Origin: Catajapyx aquilonaris
Lineage: Eukaryota
Direction: 5' to 3'
Length of the DNA: 64,000 bases
Assembly: GCA_000934665.2 (NCBI GenBank)
Contig: KZ537963.1
Coordinates: forward strand, 124,001 to 188,000
Position numbers and translations under genes: made by a program. The notes below the pieces were generated by a model. That model was given only the letters and a program-made list of their open reading frames with translations. It had not been told where the DNA came from and made no database searches. Below are positions 1 to 18,649 of the stretch, in pieces; position 1 is the stretch's first letter, and each line of letters opens with the position of its first letter.

Positions 1-1
1 A

Positions 2-6636
<6,635 letters not shown>

Positions 6637-6925
6637 ACTTCTCTGCAGCGTTACGCTCAGACGAATCAGCAGTGTGAGGGAAGGATGCTCTAGCTGCACC
6701 GAATACCGCCAAACAGAGAGCAGAGAGAGGGAAACGCAGCAGGTCTTTCCGACACACAAGCTCCTCTGACTCAGCTTCTCCGGAAAAGGAACAAAGCCGT
6801 GCCGTGGGGCCGAATATCGCTGAGCGGTTCATTAAAAAGCTGCTTTCAAAACGAGAAGCAGCTCTGCGCATATCGGCCTCTCTGCGCGCGCACCTGGATC
6901 GAAATGGAACACCGAAGATGAAGCC
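6637..6925. promoter_or_regulatory. Putative compact bidirectional CpG-rich promoter shared by DDX5/17 and the zinc-finger gene
   Basis: Divergent start codons at 6636 (-) and 6926 (+); CpG/GC-rich interval; YY1-like caacatggccgcc at 6544-6556 and aatggcggccatcttg at 5958-5973 in the adjacent DDX intron. Confidence 0.6.
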
Positions 6926-8652
6926 ATGTCTTCAAATCCATGCAACATTTGCTGGAAGGAATTTTCCAAGAATAATAACTTGAGGAGGCACTTGCGACAG
7001 GTGCACAAGCAGGACTTGCAGGCGGCGTCCCTGCAGCACAGGCAAAGAAACAATAGCGGTGGGGTTCGCTGCAGCTGCCATGCAAACTGCGAGGCATCTT
7101 TTGCTACTGCAGATGGCTATCGGTATCACTTGGAAAATGTGCACAAAGTAGAAGGAGTCTCTGCACAAGGAAGGGAGATGGAATTTGATTCGTTAGCAGG
7201 TATAACGTGTGTAATGCCAGGTTGCCACGCAGTGTCTTTACATGTAAGCGATTTGACGAGCATCGCCGAGGCTGAAATCAGCAATTGTTTTTCGCTTCAA
7301 ACAAGGCAAAGATTCCGCTCGTTAAATCGCTCACATGTAAACCATGCCATTGCTACAAGTATAGACCACATAATTCGTTTCTACAGAATTTCAAATCTGG
7401 CTGAGAGAAGAGGAGAAAAACACCCAGGCAAAATTTGTACGCAGGACAGGGAAAAAGAAATCGGAAAAAACAGGAGTGAAGTGGTATCAATACCATTGCC
7501 ATCGTAGTGGTCATTACCAGCCAACAGGACACGGTGTCCGTCGCTTAAAGAGTATTGGATCCTGCAAACTGGGATATACCTGTCCTGCTGCAATAACTGC
7601 CAAGACCATGGATGGAAAATATTTTGTCCAGTACTTCAGTGGGCATTATGGCCATGCGGACAATCGACTTGAACACCTAACCCTGACCACTTCCCAACGT
7701 CAGGATATTGCAGGTTGGTATTTTCAGAAATAAGTCTCATTAGCTATTTTTTTGTATCCCAGATTGCTAACTCGAATTTTAAATTTTGTCAGGAAAATTG
7801 GCAGCAGGGGTCGCAGATCGGCAAATAATATCTGACATACGTCAGACAGTCAGTGGCGATCTTGAAAGACTCCATTTGATCAAGAAGAAGGACCTGCACA
7901 ACATCAGAGCAGAACATGACATTCCCTTTGTGGCGAACAATGTGCAAAAACATAAAGAGGGCTCTAAGTTGAAGTGTAGCAAGAAGAGTAAGGATATGAC
8001 ATGGCAGGTCTCGGAGGAAGGAAGTGGGAAAATACATGAAGTGAAGGAAAAAAGTGCAGATCATTCGTGCAAAGGGCTTTCTTGCCCTATGTTGTGTGAT
8101 AAGTGTAATGTGTGTATCCATAAGGTTTCATGCACCTGTTCTGATAATTTGGTTAAGGGGAACCTGTGCAAGCACATACATCGTGTATTTGGCCCAAAAC
8201 CCCACACTGACACAAGTATGATTGACATTTCAGTAGATGACACTTTGCAAGAAGAGAGACCTCATAAAGAAATTGTGCAAAAGAGGAAATTGTTGGGCGA
8301 AATGAGTAATGCTAGGGAGTCAGTCAAAAGAACAATAGATGAAGTTTGCCAGGGGTTACTTGAGGATACAAAGAATTACCCAGTATTAGATGAGTCAGTG
8401 GCAAAAGGTATCATTGACCACGTGCAGGCAGCAAGAAAATTGTTAAAAGCTGGTAAGAAGCCTGTTATTGACTTTCAGCAAAAGAACAAGTCGGGACAAA
8501 AAGTAGAAACGCAAAAAAGATTTTTATCCATGAAGCGTAACAGGGCCTCCCCAAAAAAACTAAAAAAAGCTGACACTAACGAGGAAATATTGCAAGGCGA
8601 AGAAGTACTTGTTGTAAATTCAGCTGAACATAACTTTGACCATCAGTATTAA
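6926..8652 (+). CDS. C2H2 zinc finger / WRKY-GCM1-like / SWIM zinc finger protein, Mutator (MULE) transposase-derived, about 486 aa. Exons 6926-7199, 7387-7713, 7793-8652
   Basis: Two C2H2 fingers (CNICWKEFSKNNNLRRHLRQVH; CHANCEASFATADGYRYHLENVH); the module FDSLAEFQIWLREEE...YHCHRSG...GSCKLGYTCPA...GHYGH; SWIM CTCSDNLVKGNLCKHIH. Both introns are phase 1 GT-AG and the total is 1461 nt with no stop. Family assignment is by recalled motif pattern. Confidence 0.8.
7237..7341. repeat. 25-bp-arm inverted repeat in intron 1 of the zinc-finger gene
   Basis: tttacatgtaagcgatttgacgagc / gctcgttaaatcgctcacatgtaaa. Confidence 0.75.
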
Positions 8653-8728
8653 TGATGGTCAAAGTTATGTTCATCTGAATTTACGAATAAATTCAGCCAC
8701 GAAGTGCTTTGCCTTGCAATATTTCCTC
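8581..8728. repeat. Inverted duplication of the CDS 3' end centred on the stop codon
   Basis: 8614-8645 versus 8653-8684: 32 bp with 1 mismatch, loop gtattaa. The outer arm gaggaaatattgcaaggc is mirrored by gccttgcaatatttcctc. Confidence 0.9.
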
Positions 8729-9133
8729 CTTTTTTTTTTACACTTGATGTAAATAAGTAACTTTGATGTAAATAAATAGATTTTGAATGAAATATTAGTA
8801 AGATGAATCTTTCTCTTTTTTCCCACCTCTGACCCCCAGATGCGAGCAAACAGGCCATTTTTAACAGGGACAGGAAAGTCCCGCCTCTGCACTCATAACG
8901 CCGCCATTTTGATGGCAGGCCAAAATTGGCCGCGAGAGGCGCGCAACAGGAAATGGGTCAATCCGGGTCAATCCATGAAATGTCTCCTCTCCCACCCACG
9001 CCATGCTGTATATTACATTAAACGCAATTATGGGTTCTTCAAATTTATCATAATTATGATTATTTGTTTCGACACCTGGCGGATAGGAAACGCACTAGAG
9101 CTAGAGTATTATTCGAAATATTAGGAGGCGAAA

Positions 9134-9598
9134 ATGGAGAGTCCGGCTTACAAGATGTATGTGGAGGATCTGCAGAAGATGGAGAGGGTTGGGAGCAAGG
9201 CGTGGGCATACAGGCTGACTCAGGAGGTGCTGCTGGACGTGGAGTTGGTGCACGTGCAGGGTACGCTCCTGGAGGTACTGCCGGACAACGTGGTCGTTGT
9301 GGACGACGGGACCGGGTCGGTCAGGCTCACCCACTGCCAGGAGACTATAGACGGTTGCGACTGGGCACGGGAAGGTACGCATCGTACCACCCTGATGGCT
9401 GCAGAAAGTAACAATGAAATTTGTATTACAGGCATGTACGTGTCGGCTTCAGGACGACTGGTGTCCATAAGCCCACCAGAAATCCATGCCGAAATGCTAA
9501 ACGATCGATCAGACAACCCTTACATCAAGGAAATGTGGCCTCTGGAAATCAAGGAAGCGAGACTGTACCTCGCCAACGAAATTGAACCGGACGTGTAG
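9134..9598 (+). CDS. RMI2: RecQ-mediated genome instability protein 2 (OB fold). Exons 9134-9374, 9432-9598
   Basis: VHVQGTLL...VVDDGTGSV...GMYVSASGRLVSISPPEIHAEMLNDRSDNPYIKEMWPLEIKE resembles the RMI2 pattern (VWMQG...DxSG...GxYVxVxG...KMTDLSDNP...MWxLEV). 57-nt GT-AG intron. Confidence 0.85.
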   Translation: MESPAYKMYVEDLQKMERVGSKAWAYRLTQEVLLDVELVHVQGTLLEVLPDNVVVVDDGTGSVRLTHCQETIDGCDWAREGTHRTTLMAAESNNEICITGMYVSASGRLVSISPPEIHAEMLNDRSDNPYIKEMWPLEIKEARLYLANEIEPDV

Positions 9599-11293
9599 CA
9601 TCCCTAGAAAAATAATGAAACAAATTGTGTTGTGTGTGTGCTTTCATGTATATTGTTTCATGGAAGATGCGTGTCACCCCCTCTCTTTTTATGAGTATAC
9701 AGAAAAACTGCTTCAGAAAAATACAATTTAAAAATATAACGTTGATGCTATATTGTACTTGTGTCGTCATCATTTTTTTTTTACCCTCTCACTAACAAAT
9801 TTGCTTCTTTTTTTTTGTAAAATGCAGTGTTTACATTACAACAACATTTAAAAAGTAATCCCCCCCCCCCCGTCATTTTNCAACATACAAAATCAATCTA
9901 ACCGCCCCAGCCTTATAATTACCTTTACAATATCGAGTCGTTCTCATCATGATGTATAAATAAGTTGCAAAAATGGGAGATGTTGATTAGGAAATGAAGT
10001 GCATGCATTAAGATCAGGACTGCATGAACATGGAGCGTACACAACAACAGACATTACAAGAAGAATAGCCTACACCACTGCCATTATTACATTACCCAGA
10101 TGCATACAGCAAATATTTTCGTAATGTCAAGATGGTCTTGTACAAGCGCACTGAGTAGTTGAAACTGTTTGACTTTATGCTCATTTTGTAACATAAAACT
10201 GTTTTCTCGCAATTGGTAACCATAACCAGTAATGAGGCAATGTCCATTAATGAATCTGAAATTATCGGCAAAATTATTAATATTTTACTTATTTATTTTC
10301 ATTACCGCATGTGACGGCAAATTTTTGGAAAATTATGTGCAGACATTTCCAAGTCTGCATATTTTGTACCAATTTGGTTCCATGACTTTGGCTTATAAAA
10401 TCTTTTACCATCTCCCAAATGCGTACTGCACACTTCATCAGAAAACTGACTTGATCACCAGAAAGGACTCGAAACAATTAATAACTCAGTTATGAACAAA
10501 TTGCCAGCGACTATTGTGCATTGAAGACGTTCCATGTTAGTGTCCGAAAGCATCCAGTGCATAAGCCTAAGGGAAGTTTGTTACACGTTAATAGTGTTAT
10601 TATGTGAATGGCATGAGTATTATAAATGTAGTAATATCTCCGACATATGCAAACAGCCCAGTAACATAATTACTGCCATAGCCTGCATGAAGATGCCTAA
10701 TTATGCAAACAATAATCATAGTGGTAATGAGCACTGTAACTTCTTCAGCAAGTACAATAGCTATGGCTTTTCAATGTATTGCCTCCACCTTTATGGCTAC
10801 TGTAGTACCTTGACGGCATGTGTCAATGTTTGGAGGTAGGTTTTGAGAGGAACGTAACATATGCCCTGGAATAATGCTAAATTCATAAGGCATGGGCTTG
10901 TCAAAAGCAGACCCGCACGACATATACCCTGAAATAAGTTTGGCATTCCTCTTAATAATTTACACTCCATGTTCATGCACTCCTGATGATGTATACCAAA
11001 TGACTAAAGGAAGACATTGGGCTAAGCCCTAGAACCCAAACCAGTTTCACAGTTTGACCTTCAACTTATTTATATAAAAAAAAAACACTGGCTGCAAAAG
11101 ATGCAGGAATATTCGTCCTTAATAATTAACCTTTCCACAAAGCACCGCGCCACGGTGCAACTCGTAACAATAAATTAACACTCAATAATCCCAATGACTG
11201 AGCAAAAGAATTTCCTCCTTCCTCTCTCCCCGCCTCACCACTTGCATCACAAAGTTGAGCCAAAGAGTTGCGGCAATGTTGGGAAGAACTAAT

Positions 11294-14200
11294 TCATGAC
11301 ACTGCGCAGCTTCCAGCAGCCGCATCCGTGTCCTCCCCGTCAACAACTTCCCCTCCTCCCGCCCCAACAGCACTTCCCACCTCCTTCCCCGCATGAGACA
11401 GTGCTTCTCCGTCCGCCTTCTTCCCAGCTCCCCTGTCCTCTTCGTCACACTTTGGCACTGTGTGGTGGTGGTGGTAGTGCCTGTCCTTCACTGTTTCCAG
11501 AAGCCCACCTCCTGTATTGTTCGCGATTGAAGATGTGGGGCTGGGGGATGGGCCAGTCTGAGTCCCTGCAATGCTGGGCAGCCTCAGTGGCGACATCACC
11601 TTCTGCGGAAGCAGCTTGGCCAAGACTGACACTTGGGTGCGCATGGCCAGCATGAACGGCTTGTATCCCAGGCTGTCAAGTAGAGAAAGAGTATATAACT
11701 TTCCGCATATTACGTCAGTCCAGTGTGACTCACCATTCTGTGTCGCTCCAGCTTGCCAGTGCTAAAAGGCCTTCCCGGAGGCGCAACACCACGTCAGATG
11801 GCTGATCAGGCGACCTGGCAGCGTTGATGGTGCGTATGACTGCCATTGCATCGCGAAGAAGGATGGACACGACCAGAGCCCACTCCAGGCAGCCCGACTC
11901 CATAAACATTTGGAGGAGATATCTGTATAACAATTTCGACAATGAGACAATCTGGAACGTAGTCGAGACAATCTGGAACGTAGTCGAGTCAATCTGGAAC
12001 GTAGTCGAGTCAATCAAAAGCCAATACCTGAGCTGAACTTCGGCCTTTGGCAATCCTCGATTAGCCATCTCCATAGAAACCTGCTCCAATTCCTGGCTGG
12101 TGACCAAGTCAGTCAGACTATTTGCTTCGGATATTACCGGATCTCGTTCCGTCTCACCCCAGAATGAGTTGCTCTCCTCGCTCACCAGGCTGCCATTTTC
12201 TGCGAACAATCAGGAAGGAATTAAGCGCATGAATGACGTACAAATAACTTCTTGTACAGTATATGTGTGTACAGAATGCATCATACAAACGTAAAAAAAT
12301 GCAGGTGAACGCATCGAGGAAAAGAGAATGCTCACCTGCGCCATGCTCAGGATGGGGCATGAGCCTCGCTTCCATGGCCTGGATGTCCATCTCACTACCA
12401 CCATTGCCTCCGATAGCAGCCGGAGCACCGCTGATCCCTATACCTGGACCAGGATGACTTATGTAGCCGCTGTCTCCTATCCTGCTATTTGACTGGCTGA
12501 GAGATGACACGCCAGACACGTCGATCGTCAGCAGCCTCATCCTGTCCTCGATTGTTGGCGATACTGGGTTGGATCGGCTTGACGATCCTGTTCGAAGCGG
12601 ATTGTTATTACGATAACACCCACTACTTGGGGTGTACGACCAACCTGAGCTGGAAGGTTTCCGTTGCAAGTAGTATGAGACTGGATGAGTCAAGATTGGG
12701 TAGGGCCACATGAAGTCAGCATGCAGTCTCTTGATCATTGCGACCGAGTCCGTGAGCATGGCAGCCGAGTGCCTCTCCTTCTGGAGCCATCCAACCAAGT
12801 GGAAGTCAAGATGTGCAGCGAATGTACCCAAATCCCTGAGGCGACACTGAGACAGCAGCCTCCTCGCATGCCTCTGCAACAACCCGTCTAAGAACCACTC
12901 GGGAGATGGGGACAACGGGACTCCATCCTCATAATCATCAGACACACTGTTATTCACCTGCAAATATTTTCTTATGTTGTTTATCGCCTGACAGGCTTTC
13001 ATAGCAAAATGTCACGATCGAATTAAATGACACAACTGACCTGGCACACTTGTCCTGGAAGCCCCAATCCACTGCTGCTCATTCCAGGGACACTCTTTTT
13101 CCGCACCGGTATTGGGGCAGGTTTGGAGTCGACGCTTGCTCCACCGCTGACTCGAGAACCATCGGTGCCTCGGTGGGAAGGATCCACCAAGGAAGGCTTG
13201 GGCACGGTGGAGGTGCTGAAGGAGCGGACACGCTGCACTTGCATGGTTCCCAGCAGCAGGGAGAGGTCCTCCTCATTGGGGCTCACTGGAGGAGTCGGTG
13301 GGGTTGGGCCATACTTGGACGGGAAGACAAACGAAGTGCGGGGAGATTCTACATCCTTTGGGTCTGGATTAGAGAGACATAATTAGTACGCTAATCATGG
13401 AAAAGTACCGCATCTAACTAACCAATAGCCCTGAGAAATCGGACAAGATCCTTGGCCAGGTCCCACTTGCAGCCGTCTAGCGCAGCATCAAGGAGCATGG
13501 TAGCATACTGCCTGCTGATGCTGGAGGGCTCCAGGTTTTGCAGGATGATGAGGTAGGAAGCTGCAGTGTTGAGCTTCTTCCTCTTGAGGCACTCCAGGAA
13601 GAGGTCCTTAGGCTTCCCTGCAGCCGTAAACAGGTAGGACCACAGAGCAATCTCTGTCTTGCGAGCACACTGCACCACAGTCTGTAGGTACACTGGGAAT
13701 TCCTGAATGAATTCAATCACACTAGGTAAGAGAGCATCAGGTATCGGCTCTTTGCTTGTCGCCTCCTCCTCCAGCACCTGAAAAAAATGCTAAGAATGTT
13801 CAACACCGTTGCGCACGACCATTCGCTACCAAGGTCTACTCTCTACAATGTCTACATCCTGATGTTTGAAATGCGACCTGGCTTCTACCGTGCAGACTAC
13901 AATTTTCGTATTTGTACCTCGTGAAGGAGAAGTTCCAGCGAGTGAGGGAAATAGGGCAGATTTGTACAGCTCCGAGCAATTTCCCAGGCATGGAAGCCCA
14001 AGTTGCGACGGATCAGCTGCCGGAGAATTTGATGCAGGTACACTTCACTCTGTCAAAATACAAGTCATGAGTTAATTCTGCCGCTTGATACACCAAATCT
14101 GCGTAACATACCGTCCTTTCAAGTACACAAAATGGAAGAGTAGCAGGGGTGTTGGCATCAGCGCTAAACAGTACCGTGTCATTCTCAGCGCCAACAATTA

Positions 14201-17200
14201 TTGCGTTTTTAAATAAAATTGCTGAAATTACAGTATCGGTTACGCTCTCACTTTGTCAAACTAAACCGTGCACCTTGACTGACCTAGAGGATATATCCTG
14301 AGATGAAAGGGGAGCATAATTCTCTTAGACATGAACGTGTGGGTTTTGTCCCCTTCCCTGGGAAACAGGGGAAGCCAAACCCTCATTCCGTGTGCCCCGC
14401 AGTAGAGCCAAAGGGCTTCCGTCAAATGAGGCTTCTCTCTGCACCTGTTGTCTGGTACCCACACATTCTCCACGCAAGACGCCAACACCGTTGGTGTTAC
14501 GTAGTGTGGCATCCCTCCATTGCTGGCACCATCTTCCTCAGATTCGACGTGGGTTAGATCCTGCTGTATCATCATGAGGCGTCCGCATATGTTCAAGATC
14601 ACACTCTCAGCCGAAGAGGAATCCCGGCCAGCTGTACCAGCACGGGTGGATTCAGGCCGAAGACAAGTCAACGTTACAGAAACGACGCAAGCAGGATGGA
14701 CAAACAGGGCACTGATGTCGATGCTCTGCAGGCTAACCACTTGCACCGAGTTGACTGGTGAGAAAAATTGCGAAACATTAAAAAATTTGCAGAATTTCGC
14801 TATGTGCCAACCAACCTGAACTATCCGCATCTCGGTGCAGATGAAATACCGTGATGTAACTATTGGCAAAGAAAACCAGCAGCTTGTCCCTGAACAGATT
14901 GAGCAGCAAGGCCTGTGACATGATGTTGCACTTTTGCATACATGAGTTGTCCAGCTTGGAGTCCCTCGGATAAAGCCTGAGCTCATCCCTTCCCTCGGCC
15001 ATGTTGTAGCAGCCAAGCACCAAGTAGTCTTCCCACCAAAGCAGGCCACCCATCACAACAAAGTCCTTCTCTTGACTCTCGTTACCAAAAAGCTTCCACT
15101 TTCGGCTGCCTAGGCTGCAGTGGGCAACCCCTGTCCGCCCTGCCACTGCCACATGGTGTCCTCCGGGGTCCACTGCCGTGTACTAATTAACAGAGATAAT
15201 CAGTTGTCAACTTTTCCTTAGGAAATGTGTTGCAATTATTGAAACGTACCCTTATGGGCCAGTTAGTTCCTGAGTACACATGAGGAATAGGAACTACAAT
15301 CCACTGCTTGCTCCCAACGTATATTCCGGCAGTGACTGGAAGTTCAGATGAAGTGTCAAGGGCTTCCGCGTTAGTCCCTGGCGAGTCCTTATCTTCCTGG
15401 TGGATCTTGGACATTGGATCGCTCATATTTATGTACAGGCGGTCTTCCCCTTGTAGGTGCAAGTATTCCAAGTGGCTCTGAAAACATTAACACAGCAATG
15501 ACTGACATGTATCAGTAGCTGGGCTATGGAATTCGCAAATGGCGCTCACCACACATGGATTAACAGTGAGAGCTGACTTGACAAAGTGGAGCTGCATAAC
15601 GACCCTGGGCATATCCTCGCAATTAGTAATCTCCGCATCTGTCTCGCAGCCCACCTGACGGGCAACCATCCAGAGCTGGTACCCTTCTGCAGACCAGTCC
15701 ATCCCGTACACCACAATGGGATTTGCTTTGGAGAGGTCCACCTGTCTTCCGTAGTCCCAGCCGAGAGTGCAGGTGAGCAAAGTGCCAAAGGTACTCCAGA
15801 GAGAGAGGCCACCTTTGGCCCAAGCCACGGCCAGGGTGCATCCATCTGGAGTCCATCTCATTTGCGACACAGGACCTGGACAACCAGGGTAGTCTTTTCC
15901 AGAGAGGACAAGCTGGTGGGACATGTGCAGGGCACCTGTGGTCTCATCTATGCAGTACACAATGCCCTGAGAACTAAACAGAAACAATGTCAACCTTGCC
16001 TCAACGAGACATTCCCAATAACTTACTTTGCACGTCCAAATGTCACTAGACGAAACTTGTGATTCATGGCAGCACATGTTGCGTCCTCGATGCCTTGAGC
16101 CCATATGCCCTGAACTTGCTGCAATTGTTACAGATTTTAGTGGCCATGTTCTGAATCCGTGTGCCGATGCAGAAACCATTTTCACTCACGTTTGGATCAA
16201 ACTTCAATGAGGAAGCGGTCAAAAAAGCAGCTCGTCCGTCACTGAGCACAATAGCAAACCCACCGACCAAAGGTGAGTACTCAATATCAACAACGTAGAC
16301 AGACGAGTCTTCAATTGGCACGGCTGGAAGGATAAACGAGGCAGACATAAGCCAACTTTTGAAGAAAGATATATGCTGGCACCTCCTAACCTTTGGCAAC
16401 CTGTTGATCAATGCAAAACGGGACCCTCTGTAGGTCAAGGCAGTAGTCTCTGTTGAGCGTCCCATCCCAAAGGTAGCGGAGAATGTGTCCCCTTGTGGTG
16501 GCAACCATCAGCTCATCTCGAATGCAGACGAGACTGGTCGCACCTCCAGCCACTTCCACCTCCAGCACCTGTCCATTCGGTTACAAATTATTTGTAACTC
16601 ATCCCTCAATGTGACGTAAATCATCGGCACATACCAGTTCAAGAATGAGCGGCGGAATATTCTCCTTGATGAATAGTTCAGCGCTCTCACGCCTTAGATT
16701 AGGATGAGTCGAGTCTCTCTGCTCATAGAGGCTGCCGCAGTTCACGTCAATTCGAAGCGAGTAGTAGAGCAAGTATCCCCCAGAAGTCTGCAACATATGG
16801 TAATATTGAGCTGCATGAAGCAAATAAAATGCAGCCACATATCCCAAGTGGGGGGGAAGAACACGGCTTCATCACATTTCCTTATCAAGGCCATAACGCC
16901 AGATGGTACATTAATTAATCCAACAAGTACCCATGTTTTAATAATCTGTAAGGATGAAACTAGATGACGCTTTCAATGAAAAATCTTCAGTCAACACTCG
17001 TCTGTCAAATTTCAAGCCGGTCGACTTGTGCACATACGACACAGAAAACTATTGCTATAACAAATCGCAACATCTCATCAAAAATTCAAGGCCATCTGAA
17101 TCAATATTTGCAAACCTGTTTAATATACATGTAAAAATTGTTGTTTTTTTTAAATTAAAAAAGACACTGCAATTTTCCTTAATTTACTTAATAATAATTC

Positions 17201-18649
17201 AAATTGTAGGAAACTCACCACTACAACGAGAGTGCTAGAATCAGGCCTCCATTCAACCAACTCATTAGTTCCAAGATCTTCAACAGACTCCGCTGTTCTT
17301 CGATGAACTACAATCGGCAAGCATGGCTGGAAATTGGGAGAAAAAGAAATAAGTAAAACACATAGAAAACTGCATCTGTCTTATGGCAACTAAAAGAAAG
17401 CATCCATACCTATCCACAATTACATTAAGAATTTAATCATTACTGTCGGATATACAGTAGGGACAAGATAACTCATTCGTTTTGGGAGGTGGCTTGTGTC
17501 CTTGGCAACCAAATAATTAACCCCGCCCCTTACCGATCGACCAATCAAGATTCAATTTCAAAGGAGTTGGGCGTTATGTTCTAAAACCTCCATAAAATAT
17601 AATATTTCCCCACCAATCGTTTGAAATGCCATATAAAAAAAACTCATCAGGGGGCGGGGCTAATTATGGTTGCCAAAGACACAAGCCACCTCCCAAACCG
17701 AATGAGTTATCTTGTCCCTACTGCAGTATTGTATTGCTTAACTACATCAACTAACAGTTTATAAATGAAAAGGGCCCGGAGTCCTTGAAATCCAATACAA
17801 TAAAAGCGGCTGAAGTCTGCAACCTGACAACGCAACCTCAAGTTTATAATGTGAAGCAATCCATCGTGCACATGAATGCATAATTTATCCCCTCAATAAT
17901 TTCTTGCCCCAATCCAACTGCTTCCGTGGAACATACGAGTGTAAAATGCACACCAGACCTGTGCTGGAAAATGACATTTAATTATTTCGACCTGCGCTGG
18001 AAAATGACATCTAATTATTTCACCTGATGTCTCCTCTGTCACTGATATTTATTTTATTGAAATTGTGACATCAGAATTATCCATTAACCACAAACTCAGC
18101 GCAGTAAATGTTCCCAACTGCATAATTACCTAAACGGGTAGCAGATGTGTACGTTCCATTTCTCTTTAAGAAACACTTCCAGCATCTTTATCAGGAGATA
18201 GCAACTCCCCATTTCCTTTTTGTTTTAGTACTTCCTGAAACAATGCACAATACGCCTCCGCAACAGCAATTTCCTCAACATTCCATTAAAAGCCCGACAA
18301 GCAATCGCTTTCAATGCAATGTTCTTTCTAATGCGATACAATTGGAAGATTAAATTTCAGAACGTGTTCAAATGCAATGTCCTTTCTAATGTGATTACGA
18401 CTGAAACATTAATTATTATTATTTCAGAACCGGAGCCTGTTCCGTGTTCCGCACCTTTGTAAACCAGATGGCTAGTGCCTGCTCCGTGAGTATGGCGAAG
18501 AAGATCTTGTCCCTGTTGCAGGCCACCTTCCTCACGGCGAACCAGTCAGGGTCGTCTCTCGCCCCGGGGCCGCCCCCGTCCTCCTCCTCCCCGGTGCTGG
18601 CCTCGGGGCAGAGGTCCAGCACCCTGGGCCAACCCAATGGGAAGTACAT
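11294..18649 (-). CDS. RIC1: RIC1 / Rich, Rab6 GEF complex subunit, multi-exon
   Basis: Start [11 protein letters not shown]; conserved blocks [125 protein letters not shown]; stop at 11294 after CAVS. Confidence 0.96.
11949..12016. repeat. 21-bp tandem repeat (about 3 copies, caatctggaacgtagtcgag[a/t]) inside a 105-nt RIC1 intron (11923-12027)
   Basis: Direct repeats visible in the sequence; they translate as [14 protein letters not shown] repeats in the ORF track. Confidence 0.9.
17455..17723. mobile_element. MITE with about 75 bp TIRs in RIC1 intron 1
   Basis: TA-cagtagggacaagataactcattcgttttgggaggtggcttgtgtc...gacacaagccacctcccaaaccgaatgagttatcttgtccctactg. Confidence 0.85.
17957..18026. 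repeat. 33-bp tandem duplication
   Basis: acctgtgctggaaaatgacatttaattatttcg followed by acctgcgctggaaaatgacatctaattatttc. Confidence 0.85.
18310..18429. repeat. Degenerate tandem duplication of about 60 bp
   Basis: aatgcaatgt(t/c)ctttctaatg...atttcagaac occurs twice. Confidence 0.7.

Noticed and set aside
11935..12016. Short direct repeats as a possible CRISPR array
   Set aside because: No spacers and a eukaryotic intron context; simple minisatellite.
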